A stretch of 63,983 nucleotides of DNA, counting the filler, from Fonticula-like sp. SCN 57-25 (Eukaryota), in assembly GCA_001724245.1 (NCBI GenBank). It is 10 parts of 10 records of this genome, joined end to end, with 100 filler letters (N's around TTAATTAATTAA, not from the genome) between each part and the next. Parts side by side here need not be neighbours in the genome. Positions count along the whole stretch, not along the records: positions 19,723 to 26,028 come from MEDX01000463.1; positions 26,129 to 32,431 come from MEDX01000464.1; positions 32,532 to 38,800 come from MEDX01000466.1; 7 more parts are not named here. The stretch is one strand, 5' to 3'. The translations under genes and the position numbers were made by a program. Each line of letters opens with the position of its first letter. Position 1 is the first letter of the stretch. Of the stretch, positions 22,701 through 34,880 are shown in pieces. Under the pieces are notes generated by a model, which was not told the origin of the DNA, ran no database searches, and saw only the letters and a list, made by a program, of their open reading frames with translations.

Positions 22701-24332
22701 ATGAAAATGTCAGCAAAAATGTAAAAATCATGACAAAATTATGAGAAATGATGACAAAATCAAGATAAACGCATGATAAATTAAGAGAAATCAAGAGAAA
22801 AAATGTTAATTTCATGACAAATTCATGACAAATTCATGATAAATCTCCATAAAAACACCATAAAATCAATACGTACAGAGACGACATAGGCGGTAAATGA
22901 TTCTGGCTCCTTTGAAAAATCAAAGCAAAGCAGCGGGCCCTTTAGCGCCCTTCCTTCACTAATAAGCTGCTGCGCCTCCTGCTCTGAAATGTTGCCAAGC
23001 GCATGCCCCTCATGAGGCTTCTTCAAACGCGCAGGCGAAGCCGCCGCCGCCGTCTGCTTCAGTGGCGTCGCCTTGGCGGGCGTGCTCGCGGGCGGCGGCG
23101 TCAGCCCGAGGATGCCATACACGAGCGCCTTGTTGACGCACTGCCAGCCGCCGCCGGGAATGCTCATAAGATAGCTCGCGATATCAATGGGTGAAAGGTC
23201 TTGGGCAAGCGCGTGGATGCGCCACACAATAAATGTCAATGGCGTGCTGTGAACGACCTGCGCCACGCGGTCGTCTGGGAGCTTGCGAATTATGGGAATG
23301 TCGGGGAGGGTGGCGGTGCCGACCTCGGCGGCGGTCAAGGTGGGGTATGCGCCGCGGCGGGGCGTGTGCGTGTAGGCGGTTTCAATGTCTTTTTTGGGGC
23401 AGGTTTGCCAGCCGGATTGCGGCGAAGTGCGCACAATGTTGGCAATGTCCGTCAGGGAAAGCGCCGGCTGAAGGCGGCGGAGAGAGTGGACGTAGTCGAC
23501 GAGCGGCGGGTGCGTGTAATAGTCGGCCATGAAGGCCTGGGCGGGCGCGGAAAGTTCGGCAAACTTGGGAAAGTGAGCGGTAATGGCCTCGATTGTGTCG
23601 CTCGACGGCGTCGGGTAGGCGTCAATGTCGGCGGCAGCGGGAAGAGCGGCGTCGGGCTTGGCGTGATCGCCAGCGGCATCGGCGGGGCGCTTCGCGGCAG
23701 GGGCCTTTTTGGCCTTGGCGGGCGACTTTTCCGCCGCGGCGGGGGTCGCGTGGTGCGCTCCGGCGGCGGCAGCCTTGACATCAGCCTTGACATCAAGCTT
23801 GACATCAGGCTTGACATCAGGCTTGACCAGGGGCTTGCTGGCAGCGGGCTTGGGGTGACTTACGTGAGGCGCGGTGGACGGCGGGGCGCTCGCGGCGCCA
23901 TGGGACGCAGAGGGCATGAGCGGCTGCTCTTTCCCGCGAACGAATCCCGGGATGGCCGGTGAAGGGGCGGGGATCGTTGGGGGTGCGGCCGAGTTGGCAA
24001 ATGCGGGGATGGGAAGACTGGTGGGAGCGGGTGAGGGCGCGGCGGCAGGCTGCGGCGGCGCTTGCTGAACGGGTGCAGCGGCGGGCTGCACGGGGTCCAC
24101 GGCGGCAATCATGCTGTCAAGCACGGCCTGCAGTCTCTCCCTGTTCACAATCCACTTGTCAGACTTTGCCGCCAGGATGTTGCCTGCAAAGTTACAGATC
24201 AAGGGTTAACGGGGCAAAAAAGCAAACCAGCAGCGCACTGATCACGGCGGCAGAGTCTAGGCTGGACGACCTCATGTGCTCCTCCCGTATTGCATGCCGC
24301 AGCTCGACATCGCTGGGGATCGCTTTCCGCAT
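19723..24332 (-). CDS. DIS3L2: DIS3L2-like RNB 3'-5' exoribonuclease with long N-terminal extension, 3' truncated
   Basis: [55 protein letters not shown]; no PIN domain seen. Confidence 0.85.
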
Positions 24333-24599
24333 GTCGGGGGCGACGGCTTGACCGGACTGTTCGGTGGTTGGCAGTCTGCCAAGCGACTCTTGCGCAATAA
24401 CAAATCAGTTTGCAGTTTGCAATGTACACTCAAATCGGCGCGAAAATCAAACTGGCAAATTCACTTTCTTCTTGTCTTTCCATGCTGCTGTCGGGATGCG
24501 CCCTTCGGTGATGGCGTCAAGTGTGATGGAAACATGTTAACCTGAATGAGAGGAGGTCGCGCATGCGTCTCGGACAATGTTTCGAGATAAAGCCGACTT

Positions 24600-25345
24600 T
24601 TTTATTGAGATTCCGAGCGAGTCAAGAGGCCGACACGTGGTTGCGCTCGGTGGCGCCACTTTTCGGCATCACCTTCCGCCAACCGCGGCAATGTCGTCCG
24701 GGCCACGAGCTGCTGGATGCACGTCCCCCCTTCGCACATCGGGAATCGATACTGCTGCCAATGGGACGTGGGTCGTGAAGAGCTCTGTGACCAGCCGCTT
24801 TCCTTCCTCCGTTGACAGGCCAGCGTGTCGGATACGCTCCCCATCCTTCAGCCACAGCAACAAACGGGCATGAATGCTGCCTCGATGTTGGAACTCGTAG
24901 CGCACCATGTAATCTTGAATGCCAAGCGGCATCTTGGGCATCCCCAAGAGGGACTCGACGCGCGCCTGAAAGTGTTGGACGAGAAGGTGTGAATACCACA
25001 CACGCATCGACGCTCTCCTTCTGGCAAGGCATACTTGAGGTCATCCCAGTAGTAGTCTGCCGCGCTCAGCGTCAAAAACACCGTAGGGCACCCCAATTTG
25101 GCGTCCGACGCTTTTCTTGTACTTGGACGACCAAGCAAAGATGCGGTTGGAGACCGTTCGAATTGACGTCGTGGCAGAGTATAGTATTGAGAGCGGCAAA
25201 GCGAAACCTCGGATGCACGGCAAATCGGTCATCCATGTGGAAGAGGTGCGCCACGTACTCTTTGAGCGAGACCTCGACTGGCCGCCCGCGGTACTCACAG
25301 AGCAAAGACGTTGAAGTCCGCGGCCATTGCAGGGCCGCTGCAATT
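24600..25345 (-). mobile_element. Degenerate Helitron/Helentron Rep (HUH) remnant
   Basis: Frameshifted pieces DDRFAVHPRFRFAALN, LGCPTVFLTLSAADYYWDDL (motif 1) and YMVRYEFQHRGSIHARLLLW (motif 2 with HxH mutated). Confidence 0.8.
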
Positions 25346-25536
25346 AATTCGAATTGCAATTTGCGAATAATGAATCCTTTTTGTCATGTATGAATTGAAA
25401 TACACGAGCAAATTCAAAATTACTATCTGTTTTACCCTTTATTAAACGCAATTATGTTCAAATGAACGTCCAAATTCACGTCCAATAAGGCTCAAATTCT
25501 CTATTAAAAACCACACAAACATTGATAAAGTTCCAT

Positions 25537-26028
25537 TTATGCCGTCTTTGTTCTTGGCCTCCCCCCCGCCAACACATCCTCAAACACGCCCTTATCCGAC
25601 AGCATCACAAAATCATCTTCATTTGCTTCTGAAAACAAGCTCGACGCCGCCTCATCACTAATATCCATTCCCACTTCGCCATCCATTGACCCTCCCTGCA
25701 CGCTCGGCATCGGATAGTCATCCATATTCGGCAGCACCATCGCATCCACCACCGCCTCCCTAATACTCTTATCGATCAACCCAACCACGCTCGGCCACGT
25801 AATCGTCTTATCTGCGACGACCGGGTCGATGACGAGCTGCATGTCGGGCATGCCGTGGAAGCCGAGCCAGATGCACTCGGTGGGCGGCGCGCGGATGAAG
25901 AGGCGCACGCGGCCCTGGGCGTGGAGGACGCGCACGGTGAGGACGAGCGAGACGCGGATGTTGATGCCGGGGACGAGGACGGTCGTTTCGACCGTGATGG
26001 AGAAGCCGCCGTGGTAGCAGAGGTACGC
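25537..26028 (-). CDS. SMP-domain lipid-transfer protein (TEX2/Nvj2-like), C-terminal fragment
   Basis: GRVRLFIRAPPTECIWLGFHGMPDMQLVIDPVV...MVLPNMDDYP. Confidence 0.8.
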   Translation of the reverse strand, partial: AYLCYHGGFSITVETTVLVPGINIRVSLVLTVRVLHAQGRVRLFIRAPPTECIWLGFHGMPDMQLVIDPVVADKTITWPSVVGLIDKSIREAVVDAMVLPNMDDYPMPSVQGGSMDGEVGMDISDEAASSLFSEANEDDFVMLSDKGVFEDVLAGGRPRTKTA

Positions 26029-26128
26029 NNNNNNNNNNNNNNNNNNNNNNNNNNNNNNNNNNNNNNNNNNNNTTAATTAATTAANNNNNNNNNNNNNNNN
26101 NNNNNNNNNNNNNNNNNNNNNNNNNNNN

Positions 26129-29100
26129 GGTGAAGGCTCAGGCACGTGATCATCATCAGCCTTCTTTCTCGGCTCCGGCTCTGGTACGTGATCATCCTTA
26201 TGAATATTCTTCTTCCTCGGCATCGGCTCAGGCACCTGATCTGCTTCTTCATGAGACACATTCTTCTTTCTTGGCATTGGCTCAGGCACGTGATCATCTT
26301 CAGGCAGCGCGCCCAACCTCGGCGACGGGTCCGCCGACGTTGTCGGCGTCACATTCTTACTCCTCGCGCTCTTTGGCCTCCTCTCACTCTTGCCCACGTC
26401 ATCACCTTCCACCTCCTTTTCATCACTTTGCTCCTTCTTCTTGCGACGCTCCTTTCGAGGTGACGTGCTGCCAGCAAGACTTTCATCGGTCGGCGGAACT
26501 TCAACTGCCATCGACTTGATCTTGTTTGAGCTGCGCGAACGCCGAACTGTCTTTTCTTCTTGAGGGGCAGTTTGAGTAGCACTTTGTTCATCCGAAACGG
26601 AAATGTCGGGCACAGTTTGCTCTGATTGGGCTGTTTCAGAAGGCAGATTTGGGCGCGAAGGGCGGCTGGGAAGGCGGCGGCCGGCCATGGAAGGGCGTGC
26701 CTTGGTCACGTGGACAAGTGGGATGCTGTCGGGCTGCGTGGGGAGAGAGGGGAGCTCCGTGGGGAGAGAGGGGAGCTCGACAGAGGCGAATTTTTGCTTG
26801 CGGGCGGGGCGCGGCGCGGGTACAGGAGTCGCTCTGATAGGTAAAAAGTAAGAAAATGATACGAAAAGTGTGCAAAAAAGATGAAAATGACACGGAAATT
26901 AAGCCAAAAAGATGAAAATGATAACAAAAAAGAGGTAAAAATGTGATTTTGACGCACTGAGAAGCGGTGTCCAGCGCAGCCTTGCCCGTCGGCCTCGCCG
27001 CCACAGTCTTGATCGCATCAGCAGCAGCCTCAACAGCTAAGAAATTTAAGTAAAAATCACCACATATTACCCTTTTCGTACCTGTAATACGCTGCAAAAG
27101 ACGGTCTGCAATCATGCGCTCACAAACATCAAGCGCATTCGAATACGTCACACTAACCACTCTCGCATAACTCGCCTCAGTCACCCTCACATCTTCCCTT
27201 ACCTTTCCTTTACCCTTTACCTGCCCCGCCAGCACATCCTTCTTCACACCCTCACCAAGCAACCCCGACCCACTCACAGCCGCAGTCACGTGTTTCACCA
27301 CCCTCTCTTCCTCCGCATCCACCGCCGCGCCAATCACAGCCCTCTGCTTTGTCATGGCGGTCGACTCGAAAAGGTCACTTTGCGTGCGGTGAAGTGCCTC
27401 GAGTGCGCCACGTGTGTCATGTGAAAATGTGCGCAGGCGACCAACATCAATTGCAATGGCGCAAAGGTCATTATTGAGGGGCTTGGCTTCTTGGGAAGGA
27501 AGCTGCTCAAGCTTCCACGTGGCGTCTTGCAATGCTGACAACAAGGCACTTTCACGTGCTAGGCCGCTTACGACCACGTGGGTGGCAATCATACAAGGGG
27601 GTGGTGACGTGCGGTTGCGGTAGAGCGACTGGCATATGCGGTCGGCAATGTGTTTGGAGGCGGATGTGTCCACGTGGGCGAGGTCAGAGAGGGGAAGTGG
27701 GACGGAAAAGAGAGTTGTGTTGCGTTCGAGGGCGGCGGCAAACAAGGAAAGGCCGTTTTTGGAGGCGCCGTTCGAGTCAAATGAAAGGAAAGTTAGAGAG
27801 CGGTTCACTTGAATCACTATGGAAACAATGTTAGAAACAAAGAAATAGGTGGTAAAAGCACAAGTAAATACACAAGCACATACACAAAAAGTACAAGTAC
27901 AAGCATATATACTGGTTAATGAACACATAAATATTCACTTTTCCACTACATAAACCAATGAAATGTACCTTGTGAAAGGGCAAAGATGCCCGCGTCTCCA
28001 AATCCAATGCCGCTCACATCAAGCGACACCAAATGAGCCGCATCACCAATACTACCAAAAAAAGCATCCATACACTCCTTTGCATCAACATTCTTTGCCA
28101 ACGAAAGCGACACCAACTTGCCACTCGCCACCACACATTCACCAACAAGCCTCAATGAAGCACGGTAATTTGTAAGCACGCGTTCCATAACAAGTGACTC
28201 GATATGTGCGCATCGTCTGACGCCATCCATTGGCCAGATGAGCCGCCAAATGTGTTGCCGGAAATGTCGAGGAGGGAAAGTGAAAGTCCCTTGGCAAGTT
28301 TGTCGCCAATGATTGATGCACATGATTCGTCAAAGTCATTGTCGCAAAGAAAAAGTGAAAGTGGCGATGAATGCGCTAAAAATAGACAGTTAGATATGAA
28401 AATAAAAGGAGAAAAAGCGCACAAATTGCGACAAGTGGCTGAAGAATTGTCGCCAAAAGGTCAGCAGAAAGTTTGAGGCCAGACAAGTTGATCGAACGAA
28501 GCGCGCCCGCCAATGAAAAGTCCTTGTGTGGCGCAAATGTCGACACGTCATGGAAAGCATTGCCAGAAATGTCAAGCTCAATCAACGTACGTGGCTGATG
28601 CACAAGCGCATTAAAAATAACTATCAAAATGACACGTTAATTCATGAAAATACATCGAAAAAAGTGTCAAAAAAGAGGCAAACCTTCGGCAGATGCGCCA
28701 GTTTCGGCAATGTTGAGCGTCCGCAAACACGACGAATGCGACACAAAATCCATAAACGGCGCAACGCCTTCATTGCCCCACTTGTTCTTTGAAATATCAA
28801 GCACTTTAATCTTTTCCTCAAACTTGCGCTTGTTCTTGAGCGCCTGGCCAATGGCGACGGCGCCTTTGCTGGTCGCGCCTGTACCGCGCAGTTTGAGGAC
28901 TGTGCAGCCCTGTGGCAGGGCGTCCAAAAGAGCGGCCATTGAGACGGCGGCCTTGTCGCCGAGCGCCCTAATGATGATGTCAGCAAAGAAGGTTGGTGGG
29001 AAATGTGCGTACTTGTTGTCGGAAAAGTCGATGGAGGAAAGGAGCGAATTGCGGTTGTCGGCGAGGGCGTCGGCAAGGGCGGAAACAAACGATTCATTGA

Positions 29101-29930
29101 GCGAGGCATTGGTCAGCTCGAGGCGCTGAATAGTCGTATTGCGACGCATGACGGCGGCAAGAGCAAGCAGTGTATCATTGCTAAAATTGATATCCTTTGC
29201 TGATACGCTCGTAAAGTACTGCCACACAAAAGTTAGCCGCCAAAAAAGCCAGTACCGCTGCGTACGCGGTTGTACTCGAGGCACTGCGCGAGGGCGGCGG
29301 CGTCGACGCGCTTATCGACGTTGGGCAGCTCGCCAAAATCAAAGTCGACGATGCTGTTCACTTGAAGAAGCTCAAAGTGCCGCGGGATGCTCTCATCGGC
29401 GGGGACGCCGCGGTGGTGGCAGATCACGGCGTACGCGGTGGCGAATCCGCCGCACGCGGCGCCGAGCCCGAGATCCAGCGCAGGCAAGGACAGCTTGACT
29501 GCGTCTAGCCGCGAAAGCGGGTGCAGGTGGAACGTTGGCAGAAAGTCGGCGAGCGCATTGGGAAAGGCGCGCACAAGGGCGCCCCAGACATGACTTACTA
29601 CCGTGTCGACATTGGCGAGCTCGAATGTGAACGAGCCGCTTCCATTGGCGGAGGAAAACACAAGCTCATCAGTGGACTTGCTCTCAACGCGCCGGATGTC
29701 GAGCAGGTTGAGCGTGGCAAGTACTTTGTACGTCGCCACGTCAACTGCCGCGACAAACTCGCGAGCGACAACAAGGAAGCACTCTGTCGAATCAGTCGAG
29801 TCCTGCACAAAAATGTTAGTACTTGCATTCAACAAGCAGCAAATAACCGTACGGGTGTTTTTACCAACGCCCTCCCTTCGAACAATATGCTGCTCGACAG
29901 CCGCAGCAAAACATCCCGCGGGAGCATCAT
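26129..29930 (-). CDS. CARMIL: CARMIL (PH-like domain, LRR, CPI motif), 3' truncated, multi-exon
   Basis: RNI-like LRRs (NTTIQRLEL, LDISKNKWG, LDISGN); CPI motif LVHVTKARPSMAGRRLP near 26670-26720; Pro-rich tail. Confidence 0.82.
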
Positions 29931-30310
29931 GTTGTCGGTTCAGACGCAGGAGAAGTGAACTTTGGTGTCATCCGTCGATCTCAAGCAATAGTTTGGGGTG
30001 GATTCCGAGGTAAACTGGGGCGATTTGTCGGAGGTTTATGAGGCTTATATGTCCTAAGCGCGCGAAAATAGAGACTAGTTGCTACTATATTACCCGAGGT
30101 ACGCAGTGTGCACACAGGTAAGGTATCGCTATGTGGGTATATACGGTTTCTCAATACAAAAATGCCATAAATGCTGCATTCCGTAGTTAAAAGTCGGTTT
30201 CAGGCCGACATATCTTGATCATTGTCAATTCTTGATCATTGTCAATCTTTTGGCGCCAAACGAGCTGAGCGCGTAGTGCGGGCGTCGCGAACAAGAGAAA
30301 GAGCGGCCCG

Positions 30311-32431
30311 ATGTCGGACAAGCTTTCGTATGACCACGTCCTCTTTGGCGGGCGCCCCGGGACTCTTCGTTTCGGTGGAGAAGGTCTCGGTTGGCGTGAG
30401 ACGAGCGGCGGAAAGACGTATGCAGTGACGCCCAATGAGGTGAAGCGCATTAGCGCTCGCCTTGCCGCGCGCGGCTACCGCTTGATCGTGGATCTCAAGA
30501 ACGGCACAGCCATGCAGTTTGACGGGCTTCCGAAGAGGGTACGCTAATTTTATAGCTTCCCTGCGTTTGCGTTTGCTCACTTGAACTCTAGATAGACGAT
30601 CTGAAGCGGTTCCTCCGCGAGTTTCTGCAGATCGACCTCGAGGTCGTCGAGCTCGGCCTCAAGGGCGTCAACTGGGGCGAGGCCGAAGTCCGCGGCACGA
30701 CGCTCATGTTCCTTCAAAACACAAAGGAGATGTTTCAGATCCCGCTGACGCAGGTGAGCAATGCGACGACCGCCAAGAATGAGGTGCTGCTCGAGTTTGC
30801 GCACGAGGCCAAGGCCGCGGGCGAGGAGCTGATTGACATGCGCCTGTACGTGCCCAACGTGGCGCAGGCAGAGGACCAGGATGACGACGCCGAGGAGGGC
30901 GATGAGGAGCGCAAGCCGGTCAGCTCGAACGAGATCCTCTACCAGTCGATCAAGGATCACCTCGAGGGCGGCCAGGCGATGGGCGAAAAGATCGTCGTGT
31001 TCGACGAGGTCTCTTGCGTGCACCCGCGGTATGTTTGACTTTTTGTGCCTTTTTTGTGCTTTTTTCTGACTTTTGCGTAGCGGCCGCTTCTCTGTCGAGC
31101 TTTACAGCAACTTTGTCCGCCTTCACGGCTCCACCTTTGCCCACAAGATCAAGTACGACTCGATCGCCTCCCTCTTCCTCCTCCCCAACGCCAAGGACCG
31201 CGTCAAATTCCTCGTCATTGGCCTTCTCGTCCCTCTCCGCCAGGGCCAGACGCAGTACCAGTTCCTCGTGTTCCACATCTCGAACGATGTCGATGGCGGA
31301 TGCGAGGTGAACCTCCCCGAAGCCGAGCTCGCCCGCCGGAAACTCAAGGCCAGCTTTTCCGACGACGAGGAGCTCTCTGTCGTGCTCGCCGAGCTGCTCA
31401 GCGGCATGTCGGGACGCCCGCTCGCCGACCTCGGCAAGTTTAGCGAGTCGAGCGATGCGGCGCTACGCTCGGCGTTTGTCAACTGCTCGTTCAAGGCGAA
31501 CGAAGGTCTGCTTTTCCCGCTTGACAAGCAGCTTGTGTACTTGTTCAAGCCGCCGATGGTTATTCGGTACAATGACATTCAGAGCATCGAGTTTTCGCGT
31601 GTGGGGGCGTCGGGGGCGGCGCGGTCAGCGCGCTCATTCGATATGAAGGTGACGCTCGCGAGCAACGGAAGTGTCAGCACATTTGGCCAGATTCGCCGGT
31701 ACGAAGCTGGATGATATTTTTGGTGATTGTTTGGCTGTTTTTTGGTGTGCTTTTAGTGTTTTTTGGCGCTTTTTTGGTCTTCCTGCCCTTTTTTCCTCAC
31801 TTTCGCTGTCACTTTCCATCCCATTACAGTGAAGTTTATGACCATCTTTCGTCCTTTTTCAAGGAGAAAAAGATCAACATGACTTCCTTTGCGATGGCCG
31901 ACGAGGACGGCGCTCTCGGCGAAGACGAAGACGAAGAAGACGACGACGAAGACGAGGACGACGACGACGACGACGACGACGACGACCGCCGCCGCGCCGC
32001 CCGCAAGCGCTCACACGGCGCCTCAAACGACGCCGACGACGACCTCGACGACAGCGGTGCGCTTTTTTAACTTTTAAAGGCAGAATTGTGTACTGAACAG
32101 TCGCTGCGCAGAGTCTGAAGATGAAGATTTCAACCCCGACGCGCGCTCGGACGACGACGGCGAAGGCGCGTCCGGCAGCGGGTCCGGCAGCAGCAGCAGC
32201 GGCAGCGACGACGACGAGGACGAGGACGAGGACGACGAGGACGGCGGCAAGGCCAAGAAGGCCAAGCCGGCCAAGAAGGCCAAGGAGCCCGCGCCAAAGA
32301 AGAGCCGCGCCGAGAAGAAGGCGCCGGCCAAGGCAAAGGAGCCAAAGGCAAAGGCCGCCAAGCCGCGCAAGAGCGCCGACGGAAAGACAATGATGGACGA
32401 CAAGATTGACGATTCAGACTTGGACGACTAG
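30311..32431 (+). CDS. SSRP1: FACT subunit SSRP1/Pob3 without HMG box
   Basis: KGVNWG, KNEVLLEF, HPR|GRF, CSFKANEGLLFPL, IEFSRV..RSFD; acidic then Lys-rich tail; TAG at 32429-32431. Confidence 0.93.
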
Positions 32432-32792
32432 NNNNNNNNNNNNNNNNNNNNNNNNNNNNNNNNNNNNNNNNNNNNTTAATTAATTAANNNNNNNNNNNNN
32501 NNNNNNNNNNNNNNNNNNNNNNNNNNNNNNNGCTGATTTGATGTGTCACCCTTTCATTTGATCTTTAGTTTGCAGTTTAGTTTGCAGTTTCTTGCATGAA
32601 GCAATGGCGTCATTCTTACGTGTGGCCAGACGGTCTTATGACCAATGGAGACCATGCCATGCGTCGGAGCCCAGGTCAAACCTGGCTCCTCTTTGTGTTC
32701 ATTGGTCAGTGTAGAATTGTTATCCATATTTGGTATGAGTATATATATTCGCTGCATGCCACAATAAAACTGCTTTTTCCCCAGTGTCACAT

Positions 32793-32809
32793 TGGCGTCG
32801 CCTGCAGGA
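32793..32809 (+). promoter_or_regulatory. Primer-binding site, probably for tRNA-Ser
   Basis: TGGCGTCGCCTGCAGGA starts 1 nt after the LTR; its complement UCCUGC-AGGCGAC-G-CCA has a Ser-type T-stem and G discriminator. Confidence 0.75.
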
Positions 32810-32889
32810 TACTGCTAAGAAGCGGAAGAGTCACTAAGAAAAACGACAACCCCCCATCTGTGATCGAGTCATACCAGATCAGATCTACG

Positions 32890-34880
32890 ATGGCAGCGGT
32901 TGCGGTGAGGTAGGCGCCGGCTTTGCGCCGTTTCTCGGGCCTGGATGGTGCCGATGTGAACGCATGGCTTCGCGATTTCGAAGACATGTGGGTGGCGACC
33001 ACCTCGGCTGAAGACACCAACGAGAAGAAGGCGGCGTGGCTGCGGCTGCACCTCGATGCGCCCGCCCGAGAGCTCTGTCAAGGTAAGGACTTTGACGCAG
33101 CAAAGGCCGAGTTGGAGGCTGCATTCGCCAGTATCCACGTCAAGGAGATAGCCAGGGCGGCGTTCAATCGCCGCACCCACAAGCCCTCCGAGACGTATGA
33201 GGAGTTTGGGCGGGCCCTCTCGGAACTGGGTCGTCGGGCTGACCCAGACATTAAGGCCAAAGAAGTCCTGAGGGCGTTTTGGAACGGCATCGATGATGCG
33301 ACCTTCCAGTTGACGGCGGTGGGTCAAGCCGCGTGTGAGACCATGAAGCAAGCGGTAGGTCTGTGCGTCAGAGTGAACATGCGCAAGGCCAGGACTGCAC
33401 AGCAACCGCCGCCGCCGCCGAGCGCGGTGGCCGGGATCTCGGATATGCAAGTGGCGGCGATCGCGGCGCTCGTGCAAAGCATGGCCTTTCCCAAGGGCAA
33501 GGGACGCCACCGCCAACAACGCCCATCGGAGCCCTTTACGGGTAAATGCTTCAACTGTGGCAAGGTGGGCCACCGCCGCAATGAATGTCGTTCTGGTCGT
33601 CGCATTGCCCCTGTAGTTGATGATGTTAATACAGGATTTGATCACTAGTATCTGCTGACGTCACTCGTCACCTCACATACCAGAAGAACCACCACGCCAT
33701 GGTTCCAAGCGACACTATCGGTGGGCCGTAGAACGGTCACCTCAATGGCGTTGGTAGACACCGGCGCCGCTAGGTCCTGTGTCTCGGCTTCCTTCGTTCG
33801 CCGGTTGGGTTTGCGGCCGGAATCCTCGGCTTTACGTTTATCCACTGCTAATAACAATGCGCCGATTCGCATCAAGGGCGAGGTCACTTTGGTGCTACAA
33901 GCTAGGGAGACGAGCTTTCCACCGTGGCAATTTGTGGTGGTGTCTGATTTGATGTGCGATGTGATCGTCGGAGCAGATCTGATGGTAGCCACCGGCGCCG
34001 CAGTCGACATGGGACAATCACTGGTCCGTGTGGGCGAGTCAGTGATTCCCCTCCTTACTACCCGTTCGGACGATCGCCACTCGACGGTTTCGTCGATGCC
34101 AGCGGACAGGAAGCGTTCCCTTGGGAAAACAAGATCTTCAGCTCGCCCGCCTATGAGTGCGACCATGTCGGCCGAAGCCGTTCCAGCTCCGCCGGCCGCT
34201 CGACAACGCAAGCTTCCTGCTGTTGAGGAGCTCATTGATGACGAGACGCTGGCGCGCAAGTTGGCGAGCGGAGATACGTCCCAGGAAAATTTCGACGAGT
34301 CTCTCCCGATCCTGGATCCGAGTTCCAAGCTTGATCCACTTGGTCCGCCAATTGCGGTAGAGGATCTCATCGCCTCGGCGGGGGCAGCGGAACCCATCCT
34401 GGTTGCAAATCTGGAGCGACTCTTGTTGAAGAACCAAGCGGTGTTCTCGAGAGACCCCAAGAAACCAGGCACCACCTCGGAAGTTGAGCATGTCATCCGC
34501 CTTCGCGATCCTAACCGCGCTCCTGTTCGCGCCGCTCCCCGCCGCCTGAATCCCGAAAAGACGGCGGAGCTCGAGAAACAGGTGCGCGAGATGCTCGACA
34601 ACGGTATTATTCGCAAGAGCCATTCTGAGTGGTCGTCGGGCGTGGTGCTGGTTAAGAAGAGCGACGGGTCCTTGCGTTTCTGCGTTGACTACCGAGGACT
34701 CAACGAGCGCTGCGAGCCAGATCGGCAACCAGTGCCGATTATCGACGACATCCTTCACCGCCTCACCGGGGCGAAGTACTTCTCCACCATGGACTTGTCG
34801 TCGGGGTATTGGCAAGTCAAGCTCAACAAGGAGTCCATCCCGATGACGGCGTTTGCAACGCCGACGGGCCTGTACGAGTT
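32890..34880 (+). pseudogene. gag-pro-RT(partial) in one frame, with TAG stops at 32911 and 33646
   Basis: The ATG at 32890 and ORFs 32923-33648 and 33721+ share a frame; RT breaks off before YxDD. Confidence 0.8.

Noticed and set aside
32911-33648. TAG reassignment (alternative genetic code)
   Set aside because: Host genes (PINX1, PQ-loop) end at TAG and no conserved host exon shows an internal TAG
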